From Picochlorum sp. SENEW3 (lineage: Eukaryota), in assembly GCA_034226945.1 (NCBI GenBank), contig CP120454.1, forward strand, positions 806,001 through 870,000: a stretch of DNA of 64,000 nt. Reading direction: 5' to 3'. The notes beneath the pieces were generated by a model, which saw only the letters and a program-made list of their open reading frames with translations, was not told the origin of the DNA and did no database searches. Positions 38,401-50,126 of the stretch are shown piece after piece. How positions within the stretch are numbered: the stretch's first letter is position 1; every line of letters starts with the position of its first letter. The translations under genes were made by a program, and so were the position numbers.

Positions 38401-40735
38401 TTACATACTCTTTTTCATAGCTTCTAAAGCAGTTGAGCCTTTATTTCTACCGAACGGGTTGGCGACGACCAACTTGTGTTTCTTTTTTGCCTTTTTCGAC
38501 AAGTGATTCTTCACTGCCAAAGCAAGTGCCTCTTGTCTGGATCTGGGCTTGGCAGAAGACTTCTTCTTCTTTGTAGCAGCCTGCCTGTTTTGGGCATTTT
38601 TCGTCTCTGCTGCCATTTTTCTTGCCTCTTGCACCATACTTTTCGTATCCGGTTCGGTGGATAGCTTTTGTGAAACAGCAACACCAGATGCTGCACCACC
38701 AGTGAAGAACTTTCTGCTGAATTTTGGCTGTAAAGGCTCTGACAACAGCATATCTAGTTCTGCCTTTATGGAATTAGCCCTCTTAACTTGCTCTTCTTTG
38801 TTTGTCTTTGTATATTCCTTTGCGCCTTTTCTCTTCACACTGAATTTCCTCCCCTCAAGTTCCTCGTCACTGTCATCAGACAAGACAATTCCCAGCTGCT
38901 CTGCATTCAATTTCTTCCACGATTTTTCTGCTTTCACTTTCGAATCTATTCTAGTAAGAGAATCATACTGGCATGCCAAATGTACTCTTTTTCTACATTC
39001 CCCCATGAGGGACAAATCAATGGGAAATTCTGGCAATCCTTCCTCCCTGGATCCAATCGAATGCAAAAGAGCTTGGAACCTCCCCTGTTCTTTAGGAGTG
39101 ACGAAAGCTATCGAGATGCCATCTTCCTCTGCTCGAGCAGTTCTACCAGATCTATGTACATACGTGTCAACAGACGCTGGAATCTGATAATGAATCACAC
39201 ATGCAACGTCTTTGATATCAAGCCCTCTGGCAGCAACATCTGTAGCAATGAGAATGGAATCCTCATTCCTTGTGAATTTATCCAATGCCTTCAGTCGTGC
39301 ACGTTGCTGCATTCCAGCATGCAAAGATGTAACCGGTAGGCCGAGGATTTTGAAAACTGCGGCAATTCTTCTAACAGCTGATATTGCATTGACAAAAACC
39401 AGAGTCCTGCCAGGATGTGCAGCCAAAATGCAATACAGATATGCATCCCTCTCCTTCTCAGGACACGATATATACGACTCGGTCACTTTTTCTGCAATCT
39501 TTCGAGAGGTTGAGATATCGACGACCTTTGGTTTGGAAGAAGCAAAGGGAACGGCGTCCATCAGAGCTTCCAATGTTGCTCCACCTCCTGCACCACCGCC
39601 TCCCCTTTTCAGCCTCTTCTTCATTTCTGAAGGAAGCGTCAACGTTGCAGAAAACACAAACGTCTGTAAAGCATCTTTTTTATCTTCTACACGCCTCTTC
39701 ATGGCCTGATTTGACACGAGATTGAAAATTGAGGTCAATTCTTGATAATGGCCCTGCTGCACCATTCGGTCAGCTTCATCCAACACCAAAAATTTGAGGT
39801 TGGACATGTCGTTTACATGCGCATGACCTTCACGAATCAATTCCCATAATCTACCAGGTGTTGCGGTAATTATAGATGGTGGATGCTTTGTGAGCAGTCT
39901 CTCTTGTTTCTGATGACTAATACCACCGACTATAGGAACCACCCGCACACCAACTCTTCTAGCAATAGGATCCACGTGCTTGCAAACCTGCATACACAGC
40001 TCCCTCGTAGGAACCATAATGAGAGCTTTCAGACCATTTGGATTAAAATCAGGATTCCTCATCTTCTCTTCATACAAATAATTCAGTATAGGAAGGCCAA
40101 ATGCAAGCGTCTTGCCAGAACCCTGTACACAAAATCCACACATGGTCATACATATGTTTACGACAATAGTCAAGAGACAAGATCATCAAACGAACCGTCT
40201 GCGCTGCACCAATAATATCCCTCCTATCACGTATCGCTGCAGGCAAGCATTCAGCCTGGATATGCGTGGGTGCAGAAAACGCAAGACGGGAGAGTGCATT
40301 CAAGATTTCATCCTGCAGAAAATAGTCCTTCCATGCAGATACATCCACACAACTCTCCGTATCGTCTTCTACATCATCCTGACCCGGGGATGCCGTATCA
40401 GCCTTGTTGTCCTTGACAGTAGCAGTAGTAGTCTTCTTCTTCTTCTCCTTCTTCTTTGCTTTTTTCTTCAACCTCTCATTTTCCTCCTCGAGCTTGGCAA
40501 TATACTCCATCATCTCCTCCTTCGACGCAGGAGCAGTCGTTTCTTTCTCAGTATCGTCCCCCACACCAGTCAACTCGTGCATATTCTGCACTTCTGATGG
40601 GTCCAGTTCCTCCAATCCCATGAAACCATAGTGCTCGCTACCCACCAAAATATCATCGCCCACCTCCACCTGTTTCCATCCTTCAACAGAATCCCAAGGA
40701 TTTCCTCCTTTTTTCTTAGCCTTCCCCTTCATCAT
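38401..40735 (-). CDS. DDX24: DEAD-box RNA helicase DDX24/MAK5-like
   Basis: Intron 40123-40195 joins AAQT|GSGKT. Motifs PTRELC, DEADRM, SAT, ARGLD, HRSGRTAR. Confidence 0.9.
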
Positions 40736-41072
40736 AAATCTACAGACGTATCACCCGTATTGGAAGAAATCAAACCAGCATGCAACACATGTGGCCAACA
40801 GATGCAAGCCAGTCAAAATCCTTTCCTCTTCCACAATACTATTTTATATAGCATAATATTATTATGCCATGGATAATAATACCTTCTTCATGGATGAATC
40901 GAATTTGACAATCCAGACCAACCGTTGGTCTCAGGATTAATTGCCTTGCCCATCAAATCCTTGCATTGGAGGATTCTTCTTTACAATGTAAGGCATGGCA
41001 CGAGCCCACAGAGTCATTAATTCGAGATTGTATTTCATATTTTGTATCAAAGATATACATCCGACAGCTGTC

Positions 41073-42308
41073 ATGCCATCAGCGATACAAACAACACATT
41101 CCAATCTCAAGCGACATGTTGGGCAACGGTTGCCCCAAAGGAAAAGGGTGATAGTACGCTCTTATTCCAAAGTTCTGCCTATAGATGTTGATATTGGGTT
41201 CATCAAGCGTGCTGGATTGTCGACACTTGCTGCAGGACTGCTTCTGTTTGCTAATCCGTCAGATGTACCTCGTGCAGAAAGCAGTTCTCTCCTCAGCCTC
41301 GAAGATGAGCGTATTGCTGACATGTATGACCGTGTCAATCCATCTGTAGTTAACATATTCGATGCGGCCATGACAGGCCGTGGACCTGTTGGGTCGAATT
41401 CGCCCGGCAATGGTTCAGGAATAATCTACAGCAGAGAGGGATATATAGTCACAAACTATCACGTGCTTGGCAAACTCATCGACTCTATTGGAATAGAAAA
41501 GGCAAAGTCGCTGACAACACCAATCTCAAAAGTATTGATATTGGACAAGAATGAGCTGCAGGAGTCGTTTGATGGCTATTTTGTTGCTGCAGACAAACCA
41601 CGAGACCTGTTGGTCCTCAAGGTGAATGCACCACCAGAGATACTGCAGCCAGCAACGTTTGGCGATTCATCAGCCACTCGAGTAGGACAGAGTATATTGA
41701 GTATAGGAAACCCGTTCGGATTTGAGCATTCGATGAGCAAAGGAATCATATCTGCCAAGAATAGAGGATTTCAGAGCTACACAGACTCTGTCATTGGTGG
41801 TGCTCTGCAGATTGATGCAGCGACAAACCCAGGAAATTCCGGTGGACCCGTTATCAGTGCTTCCACTGGAGAGGTGGTCGGGGTGAATGCTGCCATTTTC
41901 ACCAATACAGGGGACAGTGTGAGAGTAGGGTTTGCCATCCCTTCAAACACTGTGAAGAATGTTGTAGACCAGTTGATTGCAAATGGCCAAGTGATTCGAC
42001 CATCCATCGGTATCACACCTGCTCCTGCAACCATTGCAAAGAGCTTGGGCACCATCACAGACGGTGTGATGATCCAGACTGTACAGCCAAATGGCCCATC
42101 AGATGGAAAACTCTTTGGCACACGCAGAGAAATCACTGGTGTACAACGAGGCGATATCATCATCAAACTGAACGACTCTATTATACACAACATATTTGAT
42201 TTATCGAGCGCACTGGATCAGCTATCCATCGGCGACTCGGTGGCAGTGACTGTCCTGGGGACGGGAGGTGAGCCACGAACAGAAACCATTACACTTGCAC
42301 ATGAATAA
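41073..42308 (+). CDS. Thylakoid-lumen Deg/HtrA protease (DEG8-like) with PDZ domain
   Basis: Bipartite targeting peptide; motifs GNGSG, TNYHV, NPGNSGGP; C-terminal PDZ-like domain. Confidence 0.88.
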   Translation: MPSAIQTTHSNLKRHVGQRLPQRKRVIVRSYSKVLPIDVDIGFIKRAGLSTLAAGLLLFANPSDVPRAESSSLLSLEDERIADMYDRVNPSVVNIFDAAMTGRGPVGSNSPGNGSGIIYSREGYIVTNYHVLGKLIDSIGIEKAKSLTTPISKVLILDKNELQESFDGYFVAADKPRDLLVLKVNAPPEILQPATFGDSSATRVGQSILSIGNPFGFEHSMSKGIISAKNRGFQSYTDSVIGGALQIDAATNPGNSGGPVISASTGEVVGVNAAIFTNTGDSVRVGFAIPSNTVKNVVDQLIANGQVIRPSIGITPAPATIAKSLGTITDGVMIQTVQPNGPSDGKLFGTRREITGVQRGDIIIKLNDSIIHNIFDLSSALDQLSIGDSVAVTVLGTGGEPRTETITLAHE

Positions 42309-42342
42309 TAACTGCAATATTTCATTATGGGTTGCAATCCAT

Positions 42343-42828
42343 TTATTCTTTACTGCTACCAGATGATGGATTATTCATCGTAATATTATATGTCAATGCC
42401 GTGGCAAACAAAGTCCATGCAAGGTATGGGTACAACATGGTGGCTGCCGCACCATCAACCTTGTTAAACTCAACAATGGTCAGACCCAACACACCCAGCA
42501 GCGCCGTAATATCAGCAGATGCTGCTGGAAGCTGATGCCATTTGAAGAACAGCGGAGACCATAAGAAGTTCAGTGCAAGCTGCACAGCATATAAAAACAT
42601 TGGTTTGGACATGAGACCTGCCTTGCTGTATACCCTCCAGGATGAGATGCCCATCAATGTGTACAGCACGGTCCAAACAGGACCAAACAACCAATTCGGA
42701 GGCTGCCAAGATGGCTTCTTAATCGTCGGAAACCATGTTTTCACGTCATCCCGCATCGAGATGCCAATGCTCGTTCCACCAAGCAAAGGAATAGCAATGC
42801 TCGTGCCGAGTGACAATGCGTTCCCCAT
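42343..42828 (-). CDS. TSPO: TspO/MBR translocator protein
   Basis: Motifs KKPSWQPPNWLFGPVWTVLY, QLALNFLWSPLFF, PYLAWTLFA. Confidence 0.93.
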   Translation of the reverse strand: MGNALSLGTSIAIPLLGGTSIGISMRDDVKTWFPTIKKPSWQPPNWLFGPVWTVLYTLMGISSWRVYSKAGLMSKPMFLYAVQLALNFLWSPLFFKWHQLPAASADITALLGVLGLTIVEFNKVDGAAATMLYPYLAWTLFATALTYNITMNNPSSGSSKE

Positions 42829-43283
42829 GCCTGCAGTTCTTCAACTACTACTACTATTCAGTGCTATCCAAGAACAAAACCCAATTAATTAATACATATG
42901 AATATGTTTTTACTATGGGACTCATCATCTACTTCAAGTAATAGGTGCACCATGAAACCTCGTCTTTGACCGACTGTATTAGAGGATATACATACATAGG
43001 ATGTCTGTTTTTGAAGACGAAGGAGAAGATGAAGAGCCTTGATCAACCAAACTCATTTCTAACTCTAGCCCACGTATTATTATTATTCGCCATGTCAGCA
43101 GATACTCTAAATCACAATGGTAGGTTGCCATAGTAATAATAAACTTAAATTAATTAACAAGAATTGCATTCCATGCCACATGCACAGTCTCTTCTGGCTG
43201 CAAGAAGAGCGACGCTCATCTTCTATGCGATTTTCAAACTTTTGAACACAAATGTTAAAAAAAATTATGTAGGTGACGGCACC

Positions 43284-44135
43284 ATGCAGAAGAAGAGAAG
43301 GGGTAACATGAAAAAGTTGAACAGGGGTCAACGAAAACGTTTAAAGAAACGGAAGGAAGTGATTGCTGCGGCGATGGAGAAGGGCGAAGATCCAGATGAA
43401 GCTCTGAAAAAGTCTGGATTGCTCGAAGATGGTGTGATTAAGGAAGAATCCAAGAAGGGCAACGAGGATGGGGAGGAAAAGTCTGTCAAGGCAAAGAAGA
43501 GAATCGAGCAGCTGAAGAGAAAGAGGAAGCATGCCGATGGCACAGAGGCCAGTCTTCCCATGGAAAATGTATTATGGAATGCATATTCAAAAGCGTTTGG
43601 ATACGCGTCGAATGTGAGGCAATCCAGTGGGCTTGCGGCATGCTCCATGCATCCTGCATCCCCAACAACAATTGATTCATTAGAGTATAGTTTGAAGCGA
43701 TCAGAGAATAGATGGAAGCGATTATTTGCAACGCCTCCGGTAGAAAAGCCTGCGCATCCACATGCTATATTTATATCGCCGTCGGCTCTAGGATCCTTGG
43801 ACTGTATCAAAAAGTGTCCAGAGTTTCATGCAGGGTGCCCCATGGCAAAACTGTTTGCCAAGCACATGAAAGTTGAGGAGCAAGCATCTCTTCTGCAGAA
43901 AAATCCCATCTGCATCGGTGTTGGTACTCCGAATAGAATACTAAAGCTTGCCAAGGACAATCATGTGTCGTTTTCAAACCTGTCCCACCTGATTCTGGAT
44001 ATGAGAAGGAACAAGAAGAATCAAACACTGGTGGATATTCCAGAAATTGCTGCTGATTTTTGGTCTCTATGGGAGTCGTTTCTAAAACAGGGAGTTGTTG
44101 AGAAGAGTATCAAGATTCTCATTGTCGGCGATTGA
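43284..44135 (+). CDS. CMS1: CMS1/CMSS1-like 90S pre-ribosome factor (degenerate helicase fold)
   Basis: Motifs FISPSAL, KLFAKHMKVEEQ, VGTPNRI, LILD..R..K..TLVDIPE. Confidence 0.8.
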   Translation: MQKKRRGNMKKLNRGQRKRLKKRKEVIAAAMEKGEDPDEALKKSGLLEDGVIKEESKKGNEDGEEKSVKAKKRIEQLKRKRKHADGTEASLPMENVLWNAYSKAFGYASNVRQSSGLAACSMHPASPTTIDSLEYSLKRSENRWKRLFATPPVEKPAHPHAIFISPSALGSLDCIKKCPEFHAGCPMAKLFAKHMKVEEQASLLQKNPICIGVGTPNRILKLAKDNHVSFSNLSHLILDMRRNKKNQTLVDIPEIAADFWSLWESFLKQGVVEKSIKILIVGD

Positions 44136-44574
44136 TTGATCTCACCTATGGAGCTGGTTTTTTTTCTGTTCGTCTTCTTGGTCGTCCAAGCCAAGAGGGA
44201 GGAGGACGCGGATGGGGATCGGCATCTGCCGACACACGCCAGCGCGTGTAGGGTATCTACTGCTAGGTCAACCTTTTCGAGATTCCGTAGCGGAATATTC
44301 TTTCTTCAATTGGATTATAAAAGCGCGTAGGAATACCGATCTGTGCTCTATTATTTAAAGAAAAATTAGTACCTGTTTTATATTCATGTAATGGCTGGAC
44401 TCGGCCGAAGAGAAAGGAAAAGGTATCGTGGAACGCGTTCGTGAATTCAACCCTGCGGGCAAGGACCTTGTCGGGAGGGCACTGTTTGACTTTTTGAAAC
44501 AATGCTGGGTTCTGAGCATTGGATTGACTATAAGTCATACTGATGTAGGTTGTAATATAATTTTGGGGCATATC

Positions 44575-47484
44575 ATGGCTGAGAGAAGTAGGTTGGGTCA
44601 AGGTCCCAAGGAGGAGGCTGGGGTAGTTCCGTTGTGGGAGACCTCACGTGACGTCGGGATTTGGTCTGGGTGCTTTGGATTAAAGCAGCCTCATGGAACA
44701 GTACCTGCATTGACAGGAGGAGGGTCTCAAGGGAAGAGTGCGAGCCATCATCGGAGGAAATCGTCATTTACGAGGTGGTTTTCATCTCTTCAGTTGAACC
44801 CCGGTGTGGGGCAACAGGAAGATGCAGAGGATAGTCGTGCCTCGCTCTGGAAGGACAATGATGACATTATATTGAATTATCAGGAGGCGGATATGGCCAA
44901 ATGGACGTCTGATTTGCTGGATGATGGGTATTCTCACAAGAATGTTGTTGCTGTGAAGGAAGAACAGAAGCAGCGGTTGAGTGGGGAGTCTCCTCGTGCG
45001 ATATCTGGGTACGATGATGTGAGTGGCAGTGATTCTATTACAATTGCAAGTAGTACTGTTGGATATCAGGACTCGTTGGAGAGCAATGGGAAACGTGAGG
45101 GTCGTGGTCATCATCAAGGGGACCAGTCAGTGAAGAAGAAGAGTTACAAGTCTCTCTGGAATCCTATGCGAAGGAAACAGGGAGCAGAAGATGAAGATAT
45201 GTGTTCTGTGACTGCGCTGAAAGGTATCGTGATGTCGCTGAAGAGCAGACAGGCAATTGCTCAATCAGCACAGTTGAGAGAAAAGCTATTGATGATTGAT
45301 TCACGCGCTCTTGCTGCGTTGTTGAAGGATCTATCGAAAAATGGAGCGGCCCAACAATCATGGTACCTGTTTGATTATATTCGAGCTGTCCCAGAGGGCG
45401 ATGAGCTGTATGAGATGGCAGATTTGTACACGTACACAACAGTGATATCACAGTGTGGTGCACATCAAAAGCTGCAGAAAGCCTTGGATATGTTTGAGGA
45501 GATGAAAAGCCGAGGGATTCAGTGCAATATTCATACATACTCGGCTCTTATGGGAGTCTGCGTGAAACATAATGAATGCAATAGAGCAATTGAAATGTAT
45601 GAGGAGCTGCTCCAGACTGGATGCGAACCTAATCTTGTCACGTTCAATATTCTCATAGATGCATACAATAAAATCGGAAAGCTGGAAGAATCAGTAAAGG
45701 TTTTGGATGATATTAAAACTCATAAACTGTTACCTGAAGCGAGGACGTACAATTCAATAATCTCTGCATGTGGAAAGGCGTGCCTTGGTGGTTTGGCACT
45801 GCAGGTGTATGAGCAGATGTTACACGATGGAGTTGGGCCGACAAATACGACGTATACATCGGTAATATCTGCATGTGGGAGGTCAGGAATGGTGAATGAG
45901 GCGTTGGCAGTGTATCGGGAGATGCCAACCCATGGCTGCCAGCCTAATGTGATTACCTATTCGAGCTTGATCTCTGTCTGTGAGCGAGCAGGGAATGCTA
46001 CATTAGCAATATCCATGTTTCAAGAAATGGTTGCACAAGGCGTCGATCCTAATATTGTGACGTATAATGGTTTATTGGGTACTTTTGCTAAATCTGGGGA
46101 GTGGCAGAACTGCTTGAAGATTTTCAACGAGATGAGCCATAGTAAATGCATGCCTGACTCAACGTCGTACTCCGCCCTCATCGCAGCTCTTAGTCGCGGA
46201 TCTCAGTGGAAACAGGCTCTCGAGTATTATGGCAAGTCCCAAGCACAGGGACTGAGAATCGAGCATGGTGCCCACATGCTGCTCTTGGGATGCTTATGGT
46301 CCACAGGTCGATGGCCAGTACAACGAAAGGCATTTCAAATGTTTTCTGACGCCCAAAAAACTGGAGCGATTAAAATGAGAATAAATACAACGCATGAGTC
46401 AACTGTTGTCGCAGATACATCGGCAACATCTTGTCTTGCTGTGATCAAATGGCTGACAGGGTACAAACAAGGCCTGACTGGTGCCATGCAGAATCCGCTG
46501 AAAACATTGGTCCTTATACCTGGAAAGTTCTGCGCCCCTGATGGATCAAAAGAAGATGTATACGGAGCTTTGAAAGCGTTATTTTCTTCCTATTGTATTC
46601 CAGCAGAGGTGTATCAGACCAACCGAGGGAATATTGTCAAGGCAGATGCACGGATGATTGCAACATGGGCATCCTCTGGCCCAGGGTATTTAATTCATTC
46701 CATGTGCAATGTTGAGAATGGACCCAACCAACAAGTGTCTACCGTACTAAAGGATGACAGTGTAGCGTTTGCTCAGTGTCAAAAGGCATTCTTGGCAGTG
46801 AAGGACTTTGAATATAGTCAAAAAGTCTTCACAAGTGCAGTGAAAGCAGATATTACTCAGTGGAGAGAATTGCGAGGGCATATTATCGAAAATATCATTC
46901 ATTTTGGAGGTACTCTGAATGTACGGGAAGAACTATGCCATGATGCTGTTCAGTTGTGTGACCGGCTCCTAGCACTCGGCATCCCATCACAGCAACCACC
47001 TTCACCAGCATGTGCAGCAGCGCTCATTCTGCTCTCGTGTCGGCAGGCAGGAAGTGCACACATTGTTCTTAAAAATGAACAAATCTTATTGCACTCGTTT
47101 GGTTTGCCCCTTTCCGCAGTGCTCGATGCAGAAACGTGGGTCATGACGACCTTGGGACGTGAGCCCGCAGCAATATCCCCACTGCGAGTCCTCAGCTTGT
47201 ACTTTGAACTTCTCGGATTCGATGGGCAAACTGTGCAGAAAAATCAGTTTATAAATAGCATCGTCGTCACAGCAACAGATGTCTTGTCCAGAGCAACAAT
47301 CCAGAGCTCTCATTCCTTTGTTCCACCATCACTCATGGCTGCTGCATGCCTCTGTGTATCCTATGCTCGAATGGGCATGGTACCAGTCTGGCCATCAAGC
47401 CTGTCAGATCTCACAGGGTACTCCACACACGATCCAATGATGCAGGAATGTATGTTCACATTGCAACAATATGTGTTGCACTAA
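44575..47484 (+). CDS. PPR protein with a C-terminal cyclin-like domain
   Basis: About 9 35-aa P-class repeats (YTTVISQC, TYSALMGVC, TFNILIDAY, TYNSIISAC...). C-terminal cyclin-box-like region LCHDAVQLCDRLL...LDAETWVMTTLG...PPSLMAAACL. Confidence 0.85.
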   Translation: MAERSRLGQGPKEEAGVVPLWETSRDVGIWSGCFGLKQPHGTVPALTGGGSQGKSASHHRRKSSFTRWFSSLQLNPGVGQQEDAEDSRASLWKDNDDIILNYQEADMAKWTSDLLDDGYSHKNVVAVKEEQKQRLSGESPRAISGYDDVSGSDSITIASSTVGYQDSLESNGKREGRGHHQGDQSVKKKSYKSLWNPMRRKQGAEDEDMCSVTALKGIVMSLKSRQAIAQSAQLREKLLMIDSRALAALLKDLSKNGAAQQSWYLFDYIRAVPEGDELYEMADLYTYTTVISQCGAHQKLQKALDMFEEMKSRGIQCNIHTYSALMGVCVKHNECNRAIEMYEELLQTGCEPNLVTFNILIDAYNKIGKLEESVKVLDDIKTHKLLPEARTYNSIISACGKACLGGLALQVYEQMLHDGVGPTNTTYTSVISACGRSGMVNEALAVYREMPTHGCQPNVITYSSLISVCERAGNATLAISMFQEMVAQGVDPNIVTYNGLLGTFAKSGEWQNCLKIFNEMSHSKCMPDSTSYSALIAALSRGSQWKQALEYYGKSQAQGLRIEHGAHMLLLGCLWSTGRWPVQRKAFQMFSDAQKTGAIKMRINTTHESTVVADTSATSCLAVIKWLTGYKQGLTGAMQNPLKTLVLIPGKFCAPDGSKEDVYGALKALFSSYCIPAEVYQTNRGNIVKADARMIATWASSGPGYLIHSMCNVENGPNQQVSTVLKDDSVAFAQCQKAFLAVKDFEYSQKVFTSAVKADITQWRELRGHIIENIIHFGGTLNVREELCHDAVQLCDRLLALGIPSQQPPSPACAAALILLSCRQAGSAHIVLKNEQILLHSFGLPLSAVLDAETWVMTTLGREPAAISPLRVLSLYFELLGFDGQTVQKNQFINSIVVTATDVLSRATIQSSHSFVPPSLMAAACLCVSYARMGMVPVWPSSLSDLTGYSTHDPMMQECMFTLQQYVLH

Positions 47485-47622
47485 TAGAAACATAATAATA
47501 CTAATTCTACAAGACTCCAACAACAAATAAGCTCGTCACTGTCTCTGTTTGTATTGTTCTACATGTCTTTGTCAAGAGTGCCCGATATTTTGACTACATT
47601 CGTAATGTATAATACTCACACT

Positions 47623-48375
47623 TTATACTCCTTTCTTCTTAAAAAGTATCGTTGTTGAAAAGATGACACTGCATAAAACACCTGAGACGAGAGACACCAC
47701 CGTCATTGGAATCACTACTGCCTCATGCCGTGTCGCCCCAGTCACCATGCGTGACACAACAGGCTCTTGCACGGGCCGAACCCTCGTACACTGCCCCGAC
47801 CCTGCTCGAACTACGACTTCAAATGGATCAAAATGAACATCTCTCCAATCCGAAAGCAGCCAAGCATATGGATCCTTCCAAAAGTCAATCTTCCGATGAG
47901 AGACACGCCCATAGCGTGCATGAACCTTGATTCCAACATCAACCACATCTTCTGCCCGCGCCTTCCATCCGAGCACATGCGTGATTGGATCCGACAAAAT
48001 CTCTATACTCTCCAGATCTACCCATCCCCCAACCACCTGCGACGTGTACTCGGTCGCATTCGTCCCAACAACCCGTCGCTCGTCGAACGGGTCAACAAAC
48101 CATGCCGTTGGCAAGGAATGAACAATCGCCACATTTTCTGCGTTCTTACTCGATAGATAAAATGAATATTGTAACACTCGATGAGAACCTTGCCCTTCTA
48201 CTGCCACCATTGGCGAATTGGATACCCGACGCACGCGAACCTCGTCGTCGTCCCCAACGACAACTCCTGTGCAAAATTCAGACAGGAACGAATCGACACC
48301 CGATGCTGTTGTCTTTTTACAAGTAAAAAGAATCACCCCGAGGATCAGGAACCCAATAATCGTATTCCAACGCAT
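47623..48375 (-). CDS. PIG-X/PBN1-like GPI mannosyltransferase I subunit
   Basis: Signal peptide; motifs LPTAWFVDPFD, DLE, VHARY; single C-terminal TM with KKKGV tail. Confidence 0.65.
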   Translation of the reverse strand: MRWNTIIGFLILGVILFTCKKTTASGVDSFLSEFCTGVVVGDDDEVRVRRVSNSPMVAVEGQGSHRVLQYSFYLSSKNAENVAIVHSLPTAWFVDPFDERRVVGTNATEYTSQVVGGWVDLESIEILSDPITHVLGWKARAEDVVDVGIKVHARYGRVSHRKIDFWKDPYAWLLSDWRDVHFDPFEVVVRAGSGQCTRVRPVQEPVVSRMVTGATRHEAVVIPMTVVSLVSGVLCSVIFSTTILFKKKGV

Positions 48376-48478
48376 ATTGACGTGTCTTCTTCTCCTGATA
48401 CGTACAGACAGTTGCACTGTACTCAATAGTTACATTGGGAAGAAGAAAGCAACACGCAGCATGATTCAAATTGATTGA

Positions 48479-49645
48479 TTAAAAAGTATTTCTTGGGAAT
48501 TTCTTCTTCTCTTCCCACGCATCCACATGGAGGGATCCTGCAGAGGCCTTGTCAAGAATCCAGTGCATGCTGTCCTGAGGACGGACCAGTTGGACTGGGA
48601 CAGCTCCAGGAAGACTTTGGACTTCCAATGCTCTCTGCACAACCTCTGCCTTTCCTTCACCCAAAGCACATACGACCACATTGCGCGCTGCGTTAATGAC
48701 TGGCATCGTCAGAGTGATTCTTTCTGAAGGTGGCTTTGGTGAATTGGTCACTGGAAGGACCCACCCGTGTGTGGCTGCTGTGGCTGCTGAATTTGGAAAG
48801 AGGGATGCCACATGTCCATCTGGGCCCACACCGAGCAATACCATGTCTAGAATAGGCATGGAGTCATCGCTTCGAGGCAATACAGTACTGTTCAAATCGA
48901 GCATTTGCCCAGCATAGTGCTCTGCTGCCTGCTCTGCTGTCAAACCCTCTTTAATCTTGAGAATCTGAGAGGATGGGACTGGAACTTTGGACAGGAATTC
49001 CTCTGCAGCAGCCTTGTAGTTGGAGTCCGGAGACGTCAAAGATACCACACGCTCATCAGAGAATAATACAAACCACTTGGAAAAGTCCACGTCGTCCCTT
49101 CCGACCAGGGCTGACAGAGACTTGACCAGAGACCCCCCAGAGAGGGCAATCGTAAAACTACCCTTCTGTGCAATAGCCTTGGCAGATGCCTCTGCCACAA
49201 TGTCAGCCAAGCCATTCGATGCAGAGAAAGCATTTTCATGGATAATCACATCCGTGTCTGTCTCATTCCCAGGATAGGTAAAGTACAGTGGTGCAATATC
49301 CTCACCAGGCCCTTTAGACTTTGACAATGGCGCCAACTCCCCACTTGGCATGAAATGACCACCCATGGCTGGAGGGATACCGTCAGGCCACCTTCCAATA
49401 GGTATTATATTGATATTCTGAGACGGCTGCTTTGCAGTACTCGCCTTCTTTGACTCGAGACCCACCTCGCTCAGGGAAGGGGTTGCTTTGAGAGCTGGAG
49501 ACGTGAATACCACCGATTCGTCTCCACCAGCCTGTGCGCTCTTCTTTGCCACACAGACAACAACCGCCACTCTCCTAGATCTTGTAGAAAACGTACTCGC
49601 CTGAGAGACTGGCACTCCTCGAATAGCAACTGTGGCAGCGTGCAT
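48479..49645 (-). CDS. PGL: 6-phosphogluconolactonase, plastid-targeted
   Basis: Motifs IALSGGSL, SDERVV, DSNY, LLGVGPDGHVASLFP, NSPKPPSERITLT. Confidence 0.93.
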   Translation of the reverse strand: MHAATVAIRGVPVSQASTFSTRSRRVAVVVCVAKKSAQAGGDESVVFTSPALKATPSLSEVGLESKKASTAKQPSQNINIIPIGRWPDGIPPAMGGHFMPSGELAPLSKSKGPGEDIAPLYFTYPGNETDTDVIIHENAFSASNGLADIVAEASAKAIAQKGSFTIALSGGSLVKSLSALVGRDDVDFSKWFVLFSDERVVSLTSPDSNYKAAAEEFLSKVPVPSSQILKIKEGLTAEQAAEHYAGQMLDLNSTVLPRSDDSMPILDMVLLGVGPDGHVASLFPNSAATAATHGWVLPVTNSPKPPSERITLTMPVINAARNVVVCALGEGKAEVVQRALEVQSLPGAVPVQLVRPQDSMHWILDKASAGSLHVDAWEEKKKFPRNTF

Positions 49646-50126
49646 TATAGATTCCGTATTATATTCTGTCAGCAGTCTTACACCTACTGACTCGTATATA
49701 TAGAATTTCTTACTAAATTGAAGGTGGAATACCTACTATACTGATGATGCCAGTCCAACCGACCCAAGGCTACAATCTACTCGTCGTCGTAGAAATGGAC
49801 GACCGACCCACCAGAAGAAGACACAGGTGCTTCGTTTGATTGCCTTGAATGGATATCGAAGATGAATTTTTAGTCTTAATTATTAATAATACCAAGACGG
49901 AGATGCTGTTGTTGCTGGAATGGAGAAACCTCAGCACAAGGGTACCCATCACCAGCTGGGTGACATCATGCTGCAGTATGACCATTGTCGATGGGCTGCG
50001 ACCGGTCAATTTTTCCAACCCCATGGTGGTTGCCTTGATTGGAGCGTGACCTGGGAACAACGACAGCATTTGGAATTTGTATTGGAAGGAAATATTTATA
50101 TTGGATAGGAAGGTTGCATAGTGAGG

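Noticed and set aside
49794..50108. Possible small spliced ORF upstream of the START-fold gene
   Set aside because: Weak donor, and the alternative frames give short peptides without protein-like character.
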